From positions 64,001 through 128,000 of the IMG/VR virus record IMGVR_UViG_3300037294_000405: DNA of 64,000 nucleotides; one strand, 5' to 3'. Position 1 is the stretch's first letter, and every line of letters begins with the position of its first letter. Both the position numbers and the translations under genes were made by a program. Positions 10,404 to 21,448 of this stretch are shown one piece after another. The stretch comes from a virus. Below the pieces are notes generated by a model. The model worked only from the letters and a program-made list of their open reading frames with translations, was not told where the DNA came from and did no database searches.

Positions 10404-10724
10404 ATGGGACAATATGTAGATAGATATAATGCGTTCAGAGTTAACGCTAATATGAAGCCAGTGATTGGTATAACAATACCTAATTCTGGTCAAGATAAAA
10501 ATATGATTTATAAACATGGGTTAACTAGACTTGACAAATTGAGTCAGATGTATTATAATAATCCATATAGTGGTTGGTTAATTATGTTAGCTAACCCAGA
10601 ATTTGGTGGTTTAGAATTTAATATACCAGATATGACATTAATTAGGGTACCATACCCTTTTGATAGTGCTATAGGTAGGTATAACGAACAAATTACAAAA
10701 CATAAAATATTATATGGCGAATAG
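10404..10724 (+). CDS. Baseplate wedge protein, gp53/LysM-like
   Basis: RLDKLSQMYYNNPYSGWLIMLANP...LIRVP motif; position after tube initiator. Confidence 0.75.
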   Translation: MGQYVDRYNAFRVNANMKPVIGITIPNSGQDKNMIYKHGLTRLDKLSQMYYNNPYSGWLIMLANPEFGGLEFNIPDMTLIRVPYPFDSAIGRYNEQITKHKILYGE

Positions 10725-13700
10725 AATAACAAATAAGATAGGTTGTGAGGCTGGTAGAACAAAAATTGTTGACCCAAATAATTTTAGTGGTTTTGATTCT
10801 GAAAGTAATATATCGGTACCATTAGAGGACTTAAATATTTCGGTTGTTTTATCTACAACAAGAATGGGTAGAACAGTTTTAACTAGTAGTGATGATGAAA
10901 ATACTGTAGGTACTAGAGAAAGCTCTAAAACTATGACAATAAATTTTATTGAGGGAAGTGATGTTTCTGGTAGAAAAGTGTTAACTACTAACTATACCGA
11001 TTTAACTTCTCTGGGTTCAGATAGTAGTAATGATGAGGCTTTAGGTATTACAAATATTGAGATTGATTTTAATTCGTCTTATGCACCAATGGTTAATATT
11101 GATTTTGTTGATGTTAGAGGTAGCGCTATTTTCCAAAACGAACAAAATATTTCTGGTAATAACACATCAAACAAATATTCTACTTTTTTTCAATTACCAT
11201 ATCCAAAATTTGAATTAGAAATTAAAGGTTATTACGGTAAACCAGTTACATATTGTTTACACATGCTTAAATTTAATTCAAAATTTAATTCAAAAACAGG
11301 TAATTTTGAAATTTCATGCCAATTTATTGGTTATACTTATGCTATGTTATCAGATATGTTACTAGGTTATCTTAAAGCAATACCATACACAAAAATCGGT
11401 GAAGAAATACATAATAGATATAACGATGAACGTGGTTACGAAGTGATAAGATTGGTAACTTTAATGGAAAATATCCAAAAAATAAATGGTGGTGTTGAAA
11501 AAATAGCTCAAAACTCAAAAAATGCTGATTCTTTTGGTAGAGGTAATGAAGCTATTGAAAAATTAAATAATATTGAAGCGATAATTAATTCGTTAGGTAG
11601 TAATTTAGATTTAAGTCGTGAAGTAAAAGATAAACATTTTTTCGTTGTAAAAAAAAATATAGCGTTAACAGACGAACAAACTGGGTATACAGAAGATTAT
11701 AAAGTATCAGTAGTTGAAAAAATAAAAGAATTTAAAGAAATGAATTCTGGTGGTAACTTAGACGAAAATTATTTTTTACTTTTTGATAAAGTAGATACGA
11801 ATAAAGGTTTATACACATCAGTTACTAGACAAATGTTCGACCCAACTAAAAATGATTTATTTGACCAAACAACTTTATCTAAAACTTTAGGTTCACCAAA
11901 TAATTTAGAAAAATTAAAAAAAGAAATATTTTCTTATTTAAAAGATTATGAAATTGCTGATAATGTTAAATTAGACATATACAATTTTAATGGTTTATAT
12001 GATAAAATAAGCGCTGCTAGATTAGTTGTAAATGAACAAATTAATTCTAGTAAAAAAGAATTAGCTTTAGAATTAAAAGAGAACGTTGCTGAATCTTTAG
12101 GTTTTGACCCAACAGTTAGAAGGATAATTGAAATTTTCACAAATGCGATTGAGGTATTCATGGAAAGTATTTATACTGTTTCTACCGCAGCTGAAGAAAA
12201 AGGTGATGGTAGAAGAATTTTACAACTAGAATCAAAATTTGGTGTTGAAATAATAAATTCGGATATAAAAAAAGAAAAATTACAAGAAAAAGAGTTTTAT
12301 GCTTGGCCAGCTTATAGAGAAAAAGACCAATTAACCAAAACATACGTTGATAAATATTTAGGTGAAGATGGTGTCTTAGAAAAACCAGACCATGTTGATG
12401 AATTAGTTTTTATTGATGATTTATTAGATGCGTTTATATTCGCTCAAAAAGCATCCGATGACGTACTTGATGATATAACACAAAGTGAAACTACTTGGTT
12501 TCCGATTTCACCTATAGATACTAGTATTTTTATAGATACAGAACCTTATTCTAGAACTGAATTGTTAAGTAAACAAGATGTTATGAGGCTTATGTTAATA
12601 AGAGGTATGACTTTTTTAGCTTATACTAATGACCAAGACTCATTAAGTGTTAAAGAAATTGAAACAATGGCAATAGCTGAAGCAGACGCTATTGTTAGAG
12701 GTGTAACAAATAAAGATTTAAAACAAATTATAAGCAATATAAGTGCTAGTACTGTAGCTAACACCACTGGTACTATAAATGGGGTATCTAGAAACGTAGT
12801 TAAATTAGCTACAAGTATTGACGGAAAACCAGTAGACCCTTATTATTATTATGATTATATCTATAAAGACCCAAATAATTTTAAAATTATCCCAATACAA
12901 AATGGGTTTAATAATAAAACATGGGGTGATGTTAGTGGAGGTGTAAACACACAAAAAAACTATGCTAATTTACAAAAAGATAGTGAAAGTGGTAATTTAT
13001 TTTTAACAAACTATTCCTCTTCTTTTGGTTCAGCAGTACAAACGAATGTTTTAAATGGTTTTAAATCACCAATCGACCAACATTATAAATATTTAGATGG
13101 TGGTACATATATTAAAATATTAACATTAAATGAATATAATAAAACAAAACAATTATACCCTGTTGAAGGTGGCGTGGAAACAAAAATTTCACCTTTAAAA
13201 TTAAGTGTTTTAAACAATGTAGTTTTAACACCATCACAAGTGTCAGAAGCTGGTTTTAACGTATTTGCTGGTCCTTTAGGTATGCAAGAATTTTCTTTAA
13301 TGGATTTTGGTAATGGTATCCAAGGCCCATTAAGTTTTGCTTTTTACCGAGATAAAAGACCAGGTTTAGCACACACCAGAAAAGCTTCTGGTGGTAATAG
13401 TTCTATTTTTGATTTAAGTAAAAACCCACAAACAGTACCAGAAAACCAACAGAATATTAATTGGGGTGATATTATTAGTAAAAAATTACACAATAAATGG
13501 GGTAGTAATAGAGAATTATTGCTAGCTTATTATTCGGGTTATACTTCTGACTTAACTTTTCCTTTTTTATTATTACCTTTTCAATATGGTGACCCAAACG
13601 CATTTGAACCAGATTTTATTGAAAATACTGAAAGTAAAGGTATTAGTTTATTTGGCTCTACTTTATACTATAATCAAACTAGCGAATACTCTAAAGCGAT

Positions 13701-16700
13701 GTTGTTTTTACACACATTGCCTTTTGTGGGTAACGGTATTGACCAAAACTCACAATCGGATGGCCTTCTTACAGGAGAAGACTGGCCAGAAACCATTAAT
13801 TATATTAGAAATATTTTTAGTGTACGTGGTGGTTTTGTAACTGTACCAAGACTTTGGTGTGCTTATATTGGTAGTATTCTTTGGAGGTTGTCAACTGAAG
13901 CTCCAGAATTAACAGATGGAAAACAAACTGGTGGTGGTTCTGGTACTAACGACCCCATAATTTGGCGAAAAAATAAATTACCAGATAACACCATAGAAAC
14001 TTATAAAGAACCCACTAAATTTAGCTATATTGTAAGTCTTTATGATAAAGATAAAGGGTATACTGGACCTGTGTTAATCAGCCCAAGAGATTTATTAAGA
14101 ACGTTACCACAACAAGTTAAAAATGAATTTAGAAAAATATTTTTTAATTTTGTTAATGGTAGTGATAATTTAATATCATGGGATACAATTAAAAATGGTT
14201 TAGAAATTTGGGATGGTAATGGTGTTGGTTTTGAAACTTTACTAAACAATTCATATACTAACCTGTCCCAAATTAATAATTTAAAAAATAAAGATAAATA
14301 CGAGGTAATAATACCACAAAATATTTTAGGGGAAAAAGATAATTTTAGATTAGAATTAAAAGATGGTTATGGTACTAACGATTCAGTTAAAACGTTAATA
14401 AATGCTTTGGTCGAACCACTTATAATAGCTAATAATAACTATGCTATCTGGAGAGGTCCACAAAAAGAAAAATATGGTACTGATGGTGATTATAAAACAA
14501 ATCTTAGAGGGGGGATAAATGTTTACAAGGAAATTTTTGATAAATATTTCGAAAAATTAACTAACCATTTAGAAGCTACTGCGGATTCTTATTCACCTAC
14601 AAATGAAGATAAACAAATACGACAAGAAATTTTTGGTACCGCAAATGAGGATGTAATAAAACTATTATTATATAAAACATGTAAAAACGTACATGATAAG
14701 TGGTTAGCTGGTACTACAGATATAAATAATATCATTTTTCAATGCGGTGCAAATAATAGAAGTAATACTGATTCTAAATTAGCTATTCAATATAAAAGTA
14801 AAACATCGCCAAAATTAATTGACAGTTTTAGGTTTATTAGTAGGTCATTTAAAGATATTGGTGATAAATTATATGTTAATCCGTTACCAATTAATGATTT
14901 TTTATTAGAAAACCCTAACACTTCGTCTTATAGTGCTATTAGTCAATTATTATCCGATAATAATTTTGATTTTATTGCATTACCTAGTTTTATTAATTTT
15001 AAAAATAAAGAAGAAGTAGAAGCGATATTTCAACCTTATGGTAGTTACACCGAAGCTATTGCTGGTGGAACTTGTGGGCCTTCATTTGTTTGTGCGTATG
15101 TTGGTAATAAATCACAGCATTTGGATTATAGTACTTCTGATTATCCTAACGATGGTTTCGACCTTAGATGTTTATATGATGAAAAAGGTGTAAATATTAA
15201 CCCTAGTATTCCAGATGATTTTAAAACAGATGATGAGCCTTATGAGGACGCTGTTGGTGCTTTTGTGGTAAGGTACAGTCAACAAAATCAAAATTTATTT
15301 AAGGACATTAGTTTGGACCAAAGTGAGTTTACTGAAACGGATGAATCGTTACAGATACAAGATGATATATCTCAAAAAGGTGGTGCAAATAATAGAAGTA
15401 TTGCTGGTCAAAATCTTTACAATGTTTATTCAGTAAGAAGCTATACGGCCCAAATTGAAATGATGGGTAACGCTATGATACAACCTATGATGTACTTTCA
15501 ATTAGATAATATACCTATGTTTCATGGTGCATATATGATTACAAGAGTCAAACACTTAATAAAACCAAATCACATGTCAACAAATTTCACAGGTGTTAGG
15601 ATTAGGTATGCGGAAACACCTTTAATTACTGCATTGGATTTATATATGTCATTTATTGATAATTTAGGGATTACAGGTGGAAATAGTAGTGGTAGTGGTA
15701 GTGGTAGCGCTACAAGCGGTTCTTTTCCACCAATAGTTAGAACAATTATGGACAATGGTGGTTTTAACGGTGATATAGAAAAAGGTGATAACATTAAACT
15801 AACACAAACCCCTAAAATTAATAATGTTGGAAATACAGCCACAAGTAAACAAATGTTAGACGAAGCTGTTTTACCTTTAAAAGAAATGCTAGAAGCGTTT
15901 GTTATATTTGCTAAAGACCAAAATTACCCTAAAATAGGTGAAAATTATTTATCCATAACTAGTCTATATAGAAGTCAAACATATCAAAAGTCATTATATG
16001 ATGCGTGTCAGCGTAACCCTAATTGTACAAAAGGCTCTGTAGCACGACCTGGTTCATCAAATCATTCTTGGGGTATAGCTGTAGATATACAAATGATTGT
16101 TCAAAAAACTAGCCCAACTAATACGTTAAAAAAAGGTAATTTCACACCAATTAAGGCAAGTGCCGCTAAAGAAGGATTTAATTTTGAATATAATACATCT
16201 TTAAAATGGTTTATGGACAATAGCTATAAATTTGGTTTCATAATACCAATAAATTTAAGGGATGGTGTTGGTGTTGATGAGTTTTGGCATTTCGAATATC
16301 ATGGTACAGCGGCAAAATGTTTATATGACGACCAACCAACAACTTATGGTTATACTCCAGATTATAGTAAACCATATAAACCTGTGGTAAAAAACCCTAA
16401 AAATAAAGATGGTAACCCAGCAGTATATTCAGATGGAGATTGTAAATATGTTTACGTTAAAGGAGTTGCTGATGGTGGTGACAACGGCCCATCGGGTTCT
16501 AGTTATCCAAATATCAAACCTAACCAAAAACAAATAGAAATGGTTAATAATTTAAAAGGTGGCTGGGTAGAAAGAGCTAGTGAAATCATTAAATCATTTG
16601 AAGGTTTTAGTACTAAAACAACTTTTGACCAAGATAAATATAGAGGTGGTTATGGTACTGATAATATAGTTACTTCTTCTGGTGCCGCACCACAAAAAGT

Positions 16701-17037
16701 AACAAAAAATACCGTATTTACTGAACAAACAGCTTTATTAACACTACAATACGATATTAATGTTAGATTTAAAAATTCGGTGATTGATGTTTTAGGTCAA
16801 ACAAATTGGGATAAATTAAATGATAACCAAAAAGCTAGTATTATATCATATACATATAACACTGGTTCTGGTACTTTAAACACAAGAGGTATTAAAGACG
16901 ATATCGATAACTCAAATTATGATGAAGCAGCTAAAGCTATTATGGGAGGACCAATTACTGGTAAAAAAGATGGTGTTTTAAAGGGTTTGATTATTAGAAG
17001 AAAAGTTGAATCTATGATTTTTAGTAAAAAAGTTTAG
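10714..17037 (+). CDS. Large baseplate hub / tail-associated lysin with M15B (VanY-like) peptidase and GH24-like lysozyme domains
   Basis: Hub-type GNAMIQPMMYFQL...GAYMITRVKH; SLYRS...SNHSWGIAVD...EFWHFEY; IKSFEGF...GYGT...NQKASIISYTYNTG...GLIIRRKVE. Confidence 0.75.
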   Translation: MANRITNKIGCEAGRTKIVDPNNFSGFDSESNISVPLEDLNISVVLSTTRMGRTVLTSSDDENTVGTRESSKTMTINFIEGSDVSGRKVLTTNYTDLTSLGSDSSNDEALGITNIEIDFNSSYAPMVNIDFVDVRGSAIFQNEQNISGNNTSNKYSTFFQLPYPKFELEIKGYYGKPVTYCLHMLKFNSKFNSKTGNFEISCQFIGYTYAMLSDMLLGYLKAIPYTKIGEEIHNRYNDERGYEVIRLVTLMENIQKINGGVEKIAQNSKNADSFGRGNEAIEKLNNIEAIINSLGSNLDLSREVKDKHFFVVKKNIALTDEQTGYTEDYKVSVVEKIKEFKEMNSGGNLDENYFLLFDKVDTNKGLYTSVTRQMFDPTKNDLFDQTTLSKTLGSPNNLEKLKKEIFSYLKDYEIADNVKLDIYNFNGLYDKISAARLVVNEQINSSKKELALELKENVAESLGFDPTVRRIIEIFTNAIEVFMESIYTVSTAAEEKGDGRRILQLESKFGVEIINSDIKKEKLQEKEFYAWPAYREKDQLTKTYVDKYLGEDGVLEKPDHVDELVFIDDLLDAFIFAQKASDDVLDDITQSETTWFPISPIDTSIFIDTEPYSRTELLSKQDVMRLMLIRGMTFLAYTNDQDSLSVKEIETMAIAEADAIVRGVTNKDLKQIISNISASTVANTTGTINGVSRNVVKLATSIDGKPVDPYYYYDYIYKDPNNFKIIPIQNGFNNKTWGDVSGGVNTQKNYANLQKDSESGNLFLTNYSSSFGSAVQTNVLNGFKSPIDQHYKYLDGGTYIKILTLNEYNKTKQLYPVEGGVETKISPLKLSVLNNVVLTPSQVSEAGFNVFAGPLGMQEFSLMDFGNGIQGPLSFAFYRDKRPGLAHTRKASGGNSSIFDLSKNPQTVPENQQNINWGDIISKKLHNKWGSNRELLLAYYSGYTSDLTFPFLLLPFQYGDPNAFEPDFIENTESKGISLFGSTLYYNQTSEYSKAMLFLHTLPFVGNGIDQNSQSDGLLTGEDWPETINYIRNIFSVRGGFVTVPRLWCAYIGSILWRLSTEAPELTDGKQTGGGSGTNDPIIWRKNKLPDNTIETYKEPTKFSYIVSLYDKDKGYTGPVLISPRDLLRTLPQQVKNEFRKIFFNFVNGSDNLISWDTIKNGLEIWDGNGVGFETLLNNSYTNLSQINNLKNKDKYEVIIPQNILGEKDNFRLELKDGYGTNDSVKTLINALVEPLIIANNNYAIWRGPQKEKYGTDGDYKTNLRGGINVYKEIFDKYFEKLTNHLEATADSYSPTNEDKQIRQEIFGTANEDVIKLLLYKTCKNVHDKWLAGTTDINNIIFQCGANNRSNTDSKLAIQYKSKTSPKLIDSFRFISRSFKDIGDKLYVNPLPINDFLLENPNTSSYSAISQLLSDNNFDFIALPSFINFKNKEEVEAIFQPYGSYTEAIAGGTCGPSFVCAYVGNKSQHLDYSTSDYPNDGFDLRCLYDEKGVNINPSIPDDFKTDDEPYEDAVGAFVVRYSQQNQNLFKDISLDQSEFTETDESLQIQDDISQKGGANNRSIAGQNLYNVYSVRSYTAQIEMMGNAMIQPMMYFQLDNIPMFHGAYMITRVKHLIKPNHMSTNFTGVRIRYAETPLITALDLYMSFIDNLGITGGNSSGSGSGSATSGSFPPIVRTIMDNGGFNGDIEKGDNIKLTQTPKINNVGNTATSKQMLDEAVLPLKEMLEAFVIFAKDQNYPKIGENYLSITSLYRSQTYQKSLYDACQRNPNCTKGSVARPGSSNHSWGIAVDIQMIVQKTSPTNTLKKGNFTPIKASAAKEGFNFEYNTSLKWFMDNSYKFGFIIPINLRDGVGVDEFWHFEYHGTAAKCLYDDQPTTYGYTPDYSKPYKPVVKNPKNKDGNPAVYSDGDCKYVYVKGVADGGDNGPSGSSYPNIKPNQKQIEMVNNLKGGWVERASEIIKSFEGFSTKTTFDQDKYRGGYGTDNIVTSSGAAPQKVTKNTVFTEQTALLTLQYDINVRFKNSVIDVLGQTNWDKLNDNQKASIISYTYNTGSGTLNTRGIKDDIDNSNYDEAAKAIMGGPITGKKDGVLKGLIIRRKVESMIFSKKV

Positions 17038-17057
17038 GTATATTAAAAATAATTTTG

Positions 17058-17065
17058 TACCTTTG
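17058..17065 (+). promoter_or_regulatory. Bacteroidota -7 element, probable leaderless transcript
   Basis: TACCTTTG ends 4 nt before ATG at 17070. Confidence 0.6.
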
Positions 17066-17069
17066 TAAA

Positions 17070-17720
17070 ATGAAGATTGCAAATATAGTATCAAACCAAA
17101 AGGTAAGTGTTTCAGAAGAATTTAATGTGGTGGTATCCATGGATGATATTATTCATGGATTACCTACATTAATAGTTGGTTTTGATTATGTTAATAAAAA
17201 TTATCCAAATTTTGATGTTATGGATAGAAAATTGGGTGAAAAACTATATTGGACACTTAAACGAACAGAAAAAAGAGATAAATATGAAGAAGATTTATCT
17301 TGGTTTATAAATAAAGTCCTTACCGACTTAATTTCAGATATAAGCTATGTTTTTGTTGACCCAATACAATATAATGCTAAAACTATTAGAAAAATAATTA
17401 GAAAATTCCATTCTATGGAAAATAAAATTACTTACCAAAATGGGCAAATGTTGTATGTTTACTCAGACAAAATTATTTTTGGTGTTGATTTAAAATTGTT
17501 AAAATATATTGGTTTAGATTATAGTAAAATAAAAGATAAAATAATTATAAAAAGCTCAGTCTTTTTGACCAATGATAAGATACTTATAGAATATAAAAAT
17601 ACCATCAATGAACTTGACAATCAAGTTAGATATATACCATATTTATATTCTATAACAAATGAACAAAACAATACTTCTAGCTTCATTCATATTCCCAGAG
17701 AGAGTGGAGTGGTTTCTTAG
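17070..17720 (+). CDS. Hypothetical protein
   Basis: ORF restarted at ATG 17070 (MKIANIV); the track's TTG start at 17055 overlaps the promoter. Confidence 0.7.
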   Translation: MKIANIVSNQKVSVSEEFNVVVSMDDIIHGLPTLIVGFDYVNKNYPNFDVMDRKLGEKLYWTLKRTEKRDKYEEDLSWFINKVLTDLISDISYVFVDPIQYNAKTIRKIIRKFHSMENKITYQNGQMLYVYSDKIIFGVDLKLLKYIGLDYSKIKDKIIIKSSVFLTNDKILIEYKNTINELDNQVRYIPYLYSITNEQNNTSSFIHIPRESGVVS

Positions 17721-18060
17721 TTACCTAGACTCAAGATTTAAAGTTACTAAGGATAAAGTTTTCTGTTATAAAAATTTGGATGATGAGTCCAAATTAATTA
17801 TGACATTTAAAATATCAATACCAGAAGATAAACAATTAAACCTTAAAAATTTATTTACTAGTGCCGTCCCAATACATAAAAAAGGTGATGCTTTATACAC
17901 AATAAATGCTTTAAACAAACTAATCCAACAAAAATTTCCAGAATCAATTGGTAATATTGATAATAAATCGATAAAAATAGATTGGGAATTATATCAAAAC
18001 AAAATGATTCTTATTAATAATGGTGAACTCACTATTTTCAACATAAGTAGAGTTTTTTAA
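17659..18060 (+). CDS. Hypothetical phage protein
   Basis: 133 aa ORF, IHKKGDALYTINALN motif, overlaps upstream gene. Confidence 0.7.
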   Translation: MNKTILLASFIFPERVEWFLSYLDSRFKVTKDKVFCYKNLDDESKLIMTFKISIPEDKQLNLKNLFTSAVPIHKKGDALYTINALNKLIQQKFPESIGNIDNKSIKIDWELYQNKMILINNGELTIFNISRVF

Positions 18061-18111
18061 TGGTTTTGTGATATTTATATTAAAAAGATAATATTTACAA
18101 AAATATAAATC

Positions 18112-18303
18112 ATGGAAAATAAAGAAAACAAAAAAGAAGTTAGTAAATTAGATAAAGCCTTAGAAGGTTTTTTAAATACTGAAGGTCAAGACCCAAATTT
18201 AGATTGTAGTTCTGGTGTTTGTGTTATTAAAGGTGATAAAAGCCTTATTGAAAGAATTAATAAAAAAATAATAACAGAAGACGGAAGACAACTATTATTC
18301 TAA
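18112..18303 (+). CDS. Small hypothetical protein with CxxGxC
   Basis: 63 aa, TATTTAT at 18072, TAATG coupling to the next gene. Confidence 0.7.
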   Translation: MENKENKKEVSKLDKALEGFLNTEGQDPNLDCSSGVCVIKGDKSLIERINKKIITEDGRQLLF

Positions 18304-19058
18304 TGAGAAAAAATAAATTTAACCCAGAATTACTTAAAGAAGAATTGAAAAGATTCAAGGTACTTGAAAATTATGATTTCTATCATGAAGAAAAAAAAGA
18401 ACCAGAATATAATAGTGAAGCTCTTTTACTAGGTAATGATTTAGAAGAAGCTGAAGATGATGAAAACCTAAACAACTTACAACCAGCAGATGCTGAAGGT
18501 AACGGTGATGTAGACGCAAACGCTGCTGATGCTGTTGCTGGAGAGTTAGGTGTTGACTCTGAACCAACAGGTGATGAAGCGCCAGTTGGGGATATGCCAG
18601 AACCAGCTATTGAGGAACCAGCTATTGAGGAACCAGTAGATGATTCGGTTGAAGTAGACGTTACTTCTTTAGTGCAAGGTTCAGAAGAAGCTAAAGCAGC
18701 TGCTGATAATGCTAGTAAAAATTCAGAAATGTTATTGAATAAATTATCTGATTTAGAAGCACGTATAGCTAGAATGGATTCTGTTTCTGCTAAGATTGAA
18801 GATTTAGAAAAAGAAATAGTCAAAAGAAACCCAACACCTGTTGAAAAATTAGAAATGCGTTCGTTGAGTTCATTCCCTTACAGTCAGAAATTAACTGATT
18901 ATTGGGCAGATAAAGAAGGGGCATATGATGTAATGGGTAATGATAAAAAAGAAGAATACGTATTGAAACAAGATGACGTTGATTATGATTACAGTGAACC
19001 AAACATCAAAAAAAGTTTTACTGTTAACACAAACGAATTTGAAGAAGAAGACATCTAA
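18303..19058 (+). CDS. Acidic hypothetical protein, scaffold/core-like
   Basis: 251 aa, very D/E-rich with a coiled coil; 15-bp tandem duplication (PAIEE x2) at about 18601-18636. Confidence 0.65.
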   Translation: MRKNKFNPELLKEELKRFKVLENYDFYHEEKKEPEYNSEALLLGNDLEEAEDDENLNNLQPADAEGNGDVDANAADAVAGELGVDSEPTGDEAPVGDMPEPAIEEPAIEEPVDDSVEVDVTSLVQGSEEAKAAADNASKNSEMLLNKLSDLEARIARMDSVSAKIEDLEKEIVKRNPTPVEKLEMRSLSSFPYSQKLTDYWADKEGAYDVMGNDKKEEYVLKQDDVDYDYSEPNIKKSFTVNTNEFEEEDI

Positions 19059-19078
19059 AACAAAACAAATATACTTAT

Positions 19079-19104
19079 AAAGACCCTATTTTAGGGTCTT
19101 TTTT
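19079..19104 (+). terminator. Intrinsic terminator
   Basis: AAAGACCCTA / TAGGGTCTTT plus T run. Confidence 0.8.
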
Positions 19105-19134
19105 GTTTTATTACAATAAATGTTATTTTTTTTG

Positions 19135-19273
19135 TTGCATATACAGTAAAATCTTCGTACCTTTGTATAAAATTATGTGTTTATGGTTTCTTTATTTAGA
19201 AAAATAATTTAACAATATACCTTAATTTAGGGTTAAAAGCTATTGACTTTTCACCTAAAAGTTACTATATTTG
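19135..19273 (+). promoter_or_regulatory. Two tandem Bacteroidota-type promoters for the replication operon
   Basis: TTG(19135)-N20-TACCTTTG(19158-19165) and TTG(19243)-N20-TATATTTG(19266-19273). Confidence 0.75.
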
Positions 19274-19327
19274 TATAACAATTTAAAAGAAAATAAATAA
19301 CGTAAATATATAAAACAAGAAAAAAAA

Positions 19328-20218
19328 ATGACTACAGAAAACAACACATTAGACGCTATGCTTGCGCAGTATGAAAAAAACAATGCTCCAAGACCAGTAA
19401 AAACTGAAGCTAAGGTTTATGACCTTAAAAACTACTTTAATACTTATATTAAAGAAGGTATTGATAAAGCAACTAAGCAAATTAGAATTCTTCCAACAAA
19501 TGATGGTTCTACACCAATTGTGGAAATACACACCCATAAAGTTCAACTGGACGGTGAGTGGAAAACATTCGCATGTTTAAAACATGAAAAAGGTGAGGCT
19601 TGTCCTTTTTGTGAAGCTCGTGAGGCTCTATTATCGACAGGTAAAGATTCTGATAAAGAACTAGCTAAAAAATACAACGCACGTAAAATGTATGTGGTTA
19701 AAGTAATTGACAGAGAACGTGAAGATGAAGGCGTTAAATTCTGGAGATTTAACCATGATTACCGTAAAGAGGGTATCTATGATAAAATCATTGGTGTTCT
19801 TAATGCAATCAAAAAAGACGTTACAAACGCAGAAAATGGTCGTGATTTATTATTAACCATTAACAGAAACATGAATAGCATAGTTGTGTCGGGTGTCGCC
19901 TCACTTGACCCTTCTACGTTATCAGAAGACCAAGAATTAAAAGACTTGTGGTTGTCTGATTCTAGAGTATGGGAAGACGTTTATTCGGTAAGAACTTACG
20001 ATTACTTAGAAATTATAGTTAAAGGTGGAATTCCAGTATGGGATAAAGAAGAGAGAAAATTTGTTGCTAAAGAAGCATTAACCTCTGAAAACCCTAACGC
20101 TACTTTAGAGGCTGAGTTAACAATGGGTGTTGAGAACATCAAAGCTAACTTACAAGTTGCTGAAACTGCTGAAACTTCTTCTACTACTACTGAAGAAGAA
20201 GATGACTTACCTTTCTAA
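19328..20218 (+). CDS. Single-stranded DNA-binding protein, T4 gp32-like
   Basis: IRILP, H...C...CPFC zinc ligands, GRDLLL, acidic tail EEEDDLPF. Confidence 0.85.
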   Translation: MTTENNTLDAMLAQYEKNNAPRPVKTEAKVYDLKNYFNTYIKEGIDKATKQIRILPTNDGSTPIVEIHTHKVQLDGEWKTFACLKHEKGEACPFCEAREALLSTGKDSDKELAKKYNARKMYVVKVIDREREDEGVKFWRFNHDYRKEGIYDKIIGVLNAIKKDVTNAENGRDLLLTINRNMNSIVVSGVASLDPSTLSEDQELKDLWLSDSRVWEDVYSVRTYDYLEIIVKGGIPVWDKEERKFVAKEALTSENPNATLEAELTMGVENIKANLQVAETAETSSTTTEEEDDLPF

Positions 20219-20236
20219 TTTAAAATTAAACAAAAC

Positions 20237-20265
20237 AAAAAGAGGTGAGGAATTACCTCTTTTTT
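20237..20265 (+). terminator. Intrinsic terminator
   Basis: AAAAAGAGGT / ACCTCTTTTT hairpin. Confidence 0.7.
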
Positions 20266-20304
20266 GTTCTAAAATAATAAACAAACAAATAAAATTTATA
20301 ATAA

Positions 20305-21417
20305 ATGGCGACAAAACCACAAAAAAAAACAATTGAAAAAAAAGAATTTGATAATAAATCTATGAAAGCGTCATTAGGTTTAGGTGGTCAAATCGTTAAA
20401 GAAAAAGAATTAGCTTGGATTCCGTTTAAAAAAGCGTTCCACGATGCCGTAGGTCTTCCAGGGGTTCCACGTGGTTATACCTCACAATTTAGAGGTTTCT
20501 CGGATGTAGGTAAATCAACTAGTATTTACGAAACAATTTCTGGTGCTCAAAAATTGGGTGACTATATTGTAATATTTGACACAGAAGGAAGTTTTAGTTG
20601 GGAACACGCACGATTAGTTGGGTTTAAGTATACTGAAGTTTGCGATGAAGAAACTGGTGAGGTGATTGATTATGAAGGTGAAGATTTCCTTTATTTAGGT
20701 GGAATGGATTTAGTTAGTATGTATCAAAATTTTGACTACAAATCTGGTAAGCTGACAACATCACCACAACGTTACATTCCAGTCGTTGAAGATGTTGCAC
20801 ATGCAATGAATGACCTTATGGATAAGCAAATGAGAGGTGAATTAAATAGAAATATTACGTTCCTTTGGGATTCAATTGGTTCTATTGGTTGCTACGAAGG
20901 TGCTGTTTCAAACACAAACAACAACCAATGGACTGCTGGTGCGTTAAAAAGAGCTTTTGAGTCAATTCTAAACTTTAGAATTCCAGCTTCTAGAAGAGAA
21001 GACGCTCCTTTTATAAATACATTTGTCGCTGTGCAAAAAATCTGGTTAAGACCAAATGCCGTAGGTCAACCAACTGTTATGCACAATGGTGGTGAAGGTT
21101 TCAAATATGGTGTTAGACTCATTTTTCACATGGGTGGTATGACAACATCTTCAGCGAAAAAATTGGATGCGGTAAACGCTGGTAGAAGTTACCAATTTGG
21201 TGTTATGACTGACATAAAATGTGTTAAAAATCACGTAAATGGAATCGAACAAATGGGTTCTATCTGCTCAACACCACATGGGTTTGTGAACCCAACTGAA
21301 AAAAACGATTACGTTAAAGCAAACAAAGATTTCATTAACCAAAAGTTAGGTACATCATTTGATGATTTTGATGTTAAAGAAATCGCTTTAGATGCTGATG
21401 CATACGAAAAAGATTAA
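20305..21417 (+). CDS. uvsX: RecA/UvsX-like recombinase
   Basis: Walker A GFSDVGKST, FDTEG, Walker B FLWDSIG, KNH motif; follows gp32. Confidence 0.85.
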   Translation: MATKPQKKTIEKKEFDNKSMKASLGLGGQIVKEKELAWIPFKKAFHDAVGLPGVPRGYTSQFRGFSDVGKSTSIYETISGAQKLGDYIVIFDTEGSFSWEHARLVGFKYTEVCDEETGEVIDYEGEDFLYLGGMDLVSMYQNFDYKSGKLTTSPQRYIPVVEDVAHAMNDLMDKQMRGELNRNITFLWDSIGSIGCYEGAVSNTNNNQWTAGALKRAFESILNFRIPASRREDAPFINTFVAVQKIWLRPNAVGQPTVMHNGGEGFKYGVRLIFHMGGMTTSSAKKLDAVNAGRSYQFGVMTDIKCVKNHVNGIEQMGSICSTPHGFVNPTEKNDYVKANKDFINQKLGTSFDDFDVKEIALDADAYEKD

Positions 21418-21448
21418 ATCTATTTATTAACCCTTTAAATGTTCTAAT

